DNA from: Wigglesworthia glossinidia endosymbiont of Glossina morsitans morsitans (Yale colony) | Lineage (GTDB): Bacteria; Pseudomonadota; Gammaproteobacteria; Enterobacterales; Enterobacteriaceae | Direction of reading: 5' to 3' | DNA length: 32,000 bases | NCBI RefSeq assembly: GCF_000247565.1 | Contig: NC_016893.1 | Span: forward strand, 360,001-392,000 | Part shown: one piece after another, positions 28,266 through 32,000 of the stretch | How the letters are laid out: each line of letters starts with the position of its first letter | Position numbering within the stretch: the first letter of the stretch is position 1 | Notes under the pieces: generated by a model | The model's database searches: none | Told to the model about the DNA's origin: nothing | The model's input: only the letters and a program-made list of their open reading frames with translations | Made by a program: the position numbers and the translations under genes

Positions 28266-29129
28266 CTGAAATATCGGTTAATTAGCGCTGTTACTTTAGT
28301 ATTATGTATAGTATATATATTATTTTTTAGTTCTAAAAGTATTTTTATTTTATCAATATTTTTAATATACTTTATAAGTCTTTGGGAATGGTGCAACATC
28401 ATTGCATTAAAAAATAAAATTTATCGTATTATTTACTTTATATGCTCTTTTTTACCTTTGTTTTTTTGGAAAAATCATATTTTTCTTTTTTCTGAAATAA
28501 ATGTTATAAAACAAAAATATTTAATTTATTGCGTTCTTACTATATCAAGTATATGGTGGATGATTGCTTTAGTTATATTTGCATACTATCCGAAATCTAG
28601 TTTTTTGTGGAGGAACAAAATTTTAATTCATTTGATAATAGGATGGAACATAATATTTCCGCTGTTTTTTAGTTTAATTACATTATATCAATTTAATATT
28701 GTTTCTGAAACATTAATTGGATCTTGGATAATTATGTATGTTCTAATGTTGACATTTTGTTTAGATTCAGGAGCTTATATTTGTGGTAAATTATTTGGAA
28801 AAAATATGTTTTCTAAAATTATTTCTCCAAATAAAACTTGGGAAGGAATTTTAGGAGGGACAATATTATCTTATTGTAATGCATATTTATTTTATAAAAA
28901 TAAATTTATTCAAATTGACGCAACAATATTTTTTATTTCATCTTCGATTGCAATGATTTTTGGTATTATGGGAGATTTAATAATGAGCATGTTTAAAAGA
29001 TATGCAAATGTTAAAGATAGCGGTTGTTTAATTCCTGGACACGGAGGTATTTTAGACAGAATAGATAGTTTAAGCGCTTCTATTCCAATTTTTACTTATT
29101 TGATCTTATCGATTTTTCGTATTTTTTAA
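28266..29129 (+). CDS. cdsA: Phosphatidate cytidylyltransferase (CDP-diglyceride synthase) with a non-canonical start (CTG 28266 or ATT 28263)
   Basis: The C-terminal part is in the track (28458-29129: SGAYICGKLFGK, SPNKTWEG, KDSG.LIPGHGGILDRIDS). The same frame is open back to the TAG at 28254-28256. It encodes (I)LKYRLISAVTLVL...SLWEWCNI, compared with E. coli CdsA MLKYRLISAFVLIP...AAWEWGQL. No ATG, GTG or TTG occurs in these 67 codons. AGGAGA at 28255-28260 lies 5 nt before the CTG. Confidence 0.85.
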   Translation: MKYRLISAVTLVLCIVYILFFSSKSIFILSIFLIYFISLWEWCNIIALKNKIYRIIYFICSFLPLFFWKNHIFLFSEINVIKQKYLIYCVLTISSIWWMIALVIFAYYPKSSFLWRNKILIHLIIGWNIIFPLFFSLITLYQFNIVSETLIGSWIIMYVLMLTFCLDSGAYICGKLFGKNMFSKIISPNKTWEGILGGTILSYCNAYLFYKNKFIQIDATIFFISSSIAMIFGIMGDLIMSMFKRYANVKDSGCLIPGHGGILDRIDSLSASIPIFTYLILSIFRIF

Positions 29130-29146
29130 AATTTGGGATAATAGAT

Positions 29147-30490
29147 ATGCTGCATTTTTTTTTAAATTGTTTTCTATTTTTAATTTCCATAGGAATGTTA
29201 ATTACTATACACGAATTCGGTCATTTTTGGATAGCTAGGAAATTTGGTGTACATGTTGAAAAATTTTCAATTGGCATAGGAAAAGTGATTTGGAATTTTT
29301 TTGATAAAAAAGGTACTGAATATGCAATTTCTATATTCCCTTTAGGGGGATATGTAAAAATGTTAGATGTAAATTCAAATTTTACACCTAATAAAAAATT
29401 TCAAACATTTTCTGAACAATCTTTTTGGAAAAAGTTTATTATCATACTGTCAGGTCCATTACACAATTTTTTATTTTCTATTATATTGTTTTGGGGCATT
29501 TTTATGTTAGGAATGCCTTCATACAAAATTATTATTCAAGATGTCATTCCTAATTCTGAAGCTGATCAACTAGGTATTAGTGCTAATATGGAGATAAAAA
29601 AAATTAATGATATTAAAGTATTAGATTGGAATAACATTTATGAAAATTTTAAAAAAGATACAATTTTAATAAAATTAATACATCCTAACAATTTTATTAC
29701 TATTGAAAAAAAGATAAAACTTAAAAATATAAAGTTAAACTTAAATTATGATGATCCTATAATAAATTTTGGAATAATTCCATTAATTCCAAATGTTAGC
29801 ACTCGTATAGAATCTATTGCATTAAATTCTCCTGCTATGCAATCTGATTTTCAAAAAGATGACAAGATTATTAAAATTAATAATGTTGAGATCAAAGATT
29901 CTTGGTATTTATTATCTTATATTCTTCGTAAAAATCCTAATAAAACACTTATAATAGATATCGAACGTAATAACAAAATTATACAAAAAAAAGTTTTATC
30001 TGGTACTAAAATTGTTAATAATGTTCAAGAAGGTTTTTTGGGAATTACTCCAAAAATGCAACCGATTATAGAAAAACATAAAACACTCATATATTATAAT
30101 CCAATAACAGCACTATATATGTCCTGTAAAAAAGTAGTGCATGTTATATGCATGATATTGAAAATGTTAGTAAAATTATGTATAGGTCAACTAAGCTTGA
30201 ACAATTTAAGCGGACCTATTTCGATAGCAAAAGGAATGTCGGATTCTATTCATCATGGAATAGTATATTACATAATATTTTTATCACTTATTAGCATTAA
30301 TTTAGGAGTTATCAATTTAATACCCGTTCCTGTTTTAGATGGAGGGCATATTTTATTTTTAATAATTGAAAAATGTTTACGCTCTCCAATACCTAAAAAA
30401 GTACAAATAATTAGTTATCAAATTGGTTTTACTATCATAATAGTATTAATGACTGTAGCAATCTTAAATGATTTTTTTAAATTAAAATAA
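29147..30490 (+). CDS. rseP: RseP, site-2 (RIP) zinc metalloprotease
   Basis: 447 aa. The HEXXH motif is in ITIHEFGHFWIARKFGV. PLGGYVKMLD, LNNLSGPISIAKG, SINLGVINLIPVPVLDGGHILF are collinear with E. coli RseP. Confidence 0.94.
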   Translation: MLHFFLNCFLFLISIGMLITIHEFGHFWIARKFGVHVEKFSIGIGKVIWNFFDKKGTEYAISIFPLGGYVKMLDVNSNFTPNKKFQTFSEQSFWKKFIIILSGPLHNFLFSIILFWGIFMLGMPSYKIIIQDVIPNSEADQLGISANMEIKKINDIKVLDWNNIYENFKKDTILIKLIHPNNFITIEKKIKLKNIKLNLNYDDPIINFGIIPLIPNVSTRIESIALNSPAMQSDFQKDDKIIKINNVEIKDSWYLLSYILRKNPNKTLIIDIERNNKIIQKKVLSGTKIVNNVQEGFLGITPKMQPIIEKHKTLIYYNPITALYMSCKKVVHVICMILKMLVKLCIGQLSLNNLSGPISIAKGMSDSIHHGIVYYIIFLSLISINLGVINLIPVPVLDGGHILFLIIEKCLRSPIPKKVQIISYQIGFTIIIVLMTVAILNDFFKLK

Positions 30491-30520
30491 AAATATTATT
30501 AATTTGTTAAAAAAATTAAT

Positions 30521-32000
30521 ATGTATATAAAATATTCTTATTTAATAATTTTAATATGCATCAAATTTTCTTTTGCTATTTCTCAGAACGAAAATCAGTT
30601 TGTAGTAAAAAAAATTGTTTTTCAAGGATTAGATAAAGTTCTCGAAGAACATATGTTAATAAATTTGCCAATACAAGTCGGACAAATAGCAACATCAGAA
30701 AAAATATCAGAAATAATACGAAGTTTATTTAAAACTAATTTCTTTAAAAATATTAAAATATTAAAAAATAATAATACTTTAATTATACAAGTTGAAGAAT
30801 GTGCAATTATTAAAGATATTATTTTTTCAGGAAATTTCACTTTAAAAAAAAGTATATTAAAATCTTTATTACAAGATAAAAATATCCAGATCGAAGCTCC
30901 TCTATATCCTGCATCTATATTTCAAATAAAAAAAGCTTTAAAGAATTTTTATGTATTTTTAGGAAAAGAAAATACTAAAATTCACATCAATACATATTTT
31001 TTGCCAAAAAATTTGGTTACATTAAATATTAACATTCTTGAAAGTAAAAATGTTTTTATAAAAAAAATTGACATAATCGGCAATAAAAAATTTAAAAAAA
31101 AACAACTAATAAAAAAAATTGAATTATGTGAAAACAATTTTATTTCAAATTTATTTGAAACATGTATTTACAAAAAAAATCAAATTCTTCAAGCTCAAAA
31201 AGATTTACACCATTTTTACTTAAGTCGAGGATATATTGATTTTAATGTTCGATCTATAGAAACTAATATTACTGAAGACTATAAATTCGCTGATATCACT
31301 TTTAATATCTATGAAGGTGATATCTTTAAAATTTCTAAAATATTTTTTTTAGAAAATATAATTAAAACTTCAAAAGAAGTTAATATGTTTGCACAATCTA
31401 TTATTAATAAAACGTATAATGAAAACAGTATTATTAAATTAAAAAATATAATTAAAAATTTTTTAGAAATACACGGTTATAACAATCCAAAAATCTTTTT
31501 AGAAATACAAAAAAATTATTCTGACTTGACTGCTCAAATTTTTGTACATATAGATCTTGGAAAGCGTTTATATGTACATCGTATTTATTTTACTGGGTAT
31601 GAATCAACACGAGAAATTGTATTTAGAAGAGAATTAACACAATTGGAAGGCGATTTATTAAAGATTTCTAACGTTAAACAAGATATCAAAAAAATCAATA
31701 ATCTTAAGTATGCAGAAGTAACAGATATTAAAATTGAAGATAATATAAATATTCCTAATCATGTTAACATTTATTATCATATAAAAGAACATGCAATTGG
31801 AAAAATAGATTTTGGCATAGGTTTTGGAATACGCAATGGAATACAATTTCATTTAGGAATACAAAAAGATAATTTATTTGATAACGGAAGTTTTTTACAA
31901 ATGTATAGCGAAAAAAATCCTTATCAAACATATTTAGAATTATTTCTTTTGAGTCCATACCTCAAAACAAATGGATTATATTTAAAAAGCAAAATTTTTT
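30521..32000 (+). CDS. bamA: BamA outer-membrane protein assembly factor (5' 493 codons; continues past the window end; not in the ORF track)
   Basis: My manual translation from the ATG at 30521 is open to the window end. It gives a signal peptide and then POTRA-domain matches to E. coli BamA: FVVKKIVFQGL, LIIQVEE...I..I.FSGN, LSRGYIDFN, ITFNIYEGD.FKIS, VFRRELTQLEG and IGKIDFGIGFG...G..F..G.QKDN. It follows rseP, as in E. coli. Confidence 0.92.
   Translation, partial: MYIKYSYLIILICIKFSFAISQNENQFVVKKIVFQGLDKVLEEHMLINLPIQVGQIATSEKISEIIRSLFKTNFFKNIKILKNNNTLIIQVEECAIIKDIIFSGNFTLKKSILKSLLQDKNIQIEAPLYPASIFQIKKALKNFYVFLGKENTKIHINTYFLPKNLVTLNINILESKNVFIKKIDIIGNKKFKKKQLIKKIELCENNFISNLFETCIYKKNQILQAQKDLHHFYLSRGYIDFNVRSIETNITEDYKFADITFNIYEGDIFKISKIFFLENIIKTSKEVNMFAQSIINKTYNENSIIKLKNIIKNFLEIHGYNNPKIFLEIQKNYSDLTAQIFVHIDLGKRLYVHRIYFTGYESTREIVFRRELTQLEGDLLKISNVKQDIKKINNLKYAEVTDIKIEDNINIPNHVNIYYHIKEHAIGKIDFGIGFGIRNGIQFHLGIQKDNLFDNGSFLQMYSEKNPYQTYLELFLLSPYLKTNGLYLKSKIF

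Noticed and set aside
28458-28460. The TTG at 28458 as the true cdsA start, as in the ORF track.
   Set aside because: The in-frame upstream 64 codons match the conserved CdsA N-terminus (LKYRLISA, WEW), and a strong AGGAGA sits just before them. See the cdsA finding.
1-32000. A search for CRISPR arrays, IS elements or transposases, integrases, prophage genes, toxin-antitoxin pairs, restriction-modification or other defence or novel multi-gene systems, and for rRNA or known ncRNA genes.
   Set aside because: I found no regularly spaced repeats, no terminal inverted repeats flanking ORFs, and no ORF of 60 aa or more without a housekeeping assignment. Every sizeable ORF is accounted for by a conserved enterobacterial orthologue. 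The long spacers contain no ORFs, and I recognised no structured-RNA signatures by eye. An Infernal/Rfam scan would be needed to exclude small RNAs.

Overview
The window is extremely AT-rich: by eye about 20-25% GC overall, with intergenic stretches above 90% A+T. It looks like a segment of a reduced, Enterobacterales-derived obligate-endosymbiont genome in the style of Wigglesworthia or Blochmannia. The species cannot be determined from the sequence alone.

The content is almost entirely housekeeping. It is arranged as E. coli-like synteny blocks joined at AT-rich junctions:
- tolQ(partial)-tolR-tolA-tolB-pal-cpoB(frameshifted)-tRNA-Lys
- prmB-aroC, then fabB
- an isolated MarR-family regulator
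- gmk-rpoZ
- rpmB-rpmG (minus strand)
- coaBC-dut
- tRNA-Pro then pyrE (minus strand)
- tilS, prlC, marC
- aspA-cutA-tRNA-Phe (minus strand)
- dapD and map (minus strand)
- rpsB-tsf-(pyrH absent)-frr-dxr-uppS-cdsA-rseP-bamA(partial)

I support 31 intact protein genes, one frameshifted gene and three tRNAs. Two genes are missing from the ORF track: rpmG (too short) and bamA (runs off the window). cdsA is truncated in the track because its real start is non-canonical.

I see no transposases, phage genes, CRISPR, toxin-antitoxin or defence-type genes, and no convincing novel multi-gene system. The most interesting signals are:
1. A strongly conserved marC preceded by a GC-rich palindrome that resembles the E. 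coli marO MarR-binding site. An AT desert lies where marRAB would be, and an orphan MarR-family gene lies 9 kb away.
2. cdsA has a conserved N-terminus but no ATG/GTG/TTG start.
3. cpoB is split by a TA-repeat frameshift.
4. pyrH is absent from the tsf-frr slot.
5. None of the three tRNAs encodes its 3' CCA.

All homology statements come from my own reading and recall of E. coli protein sequences. No search was run.
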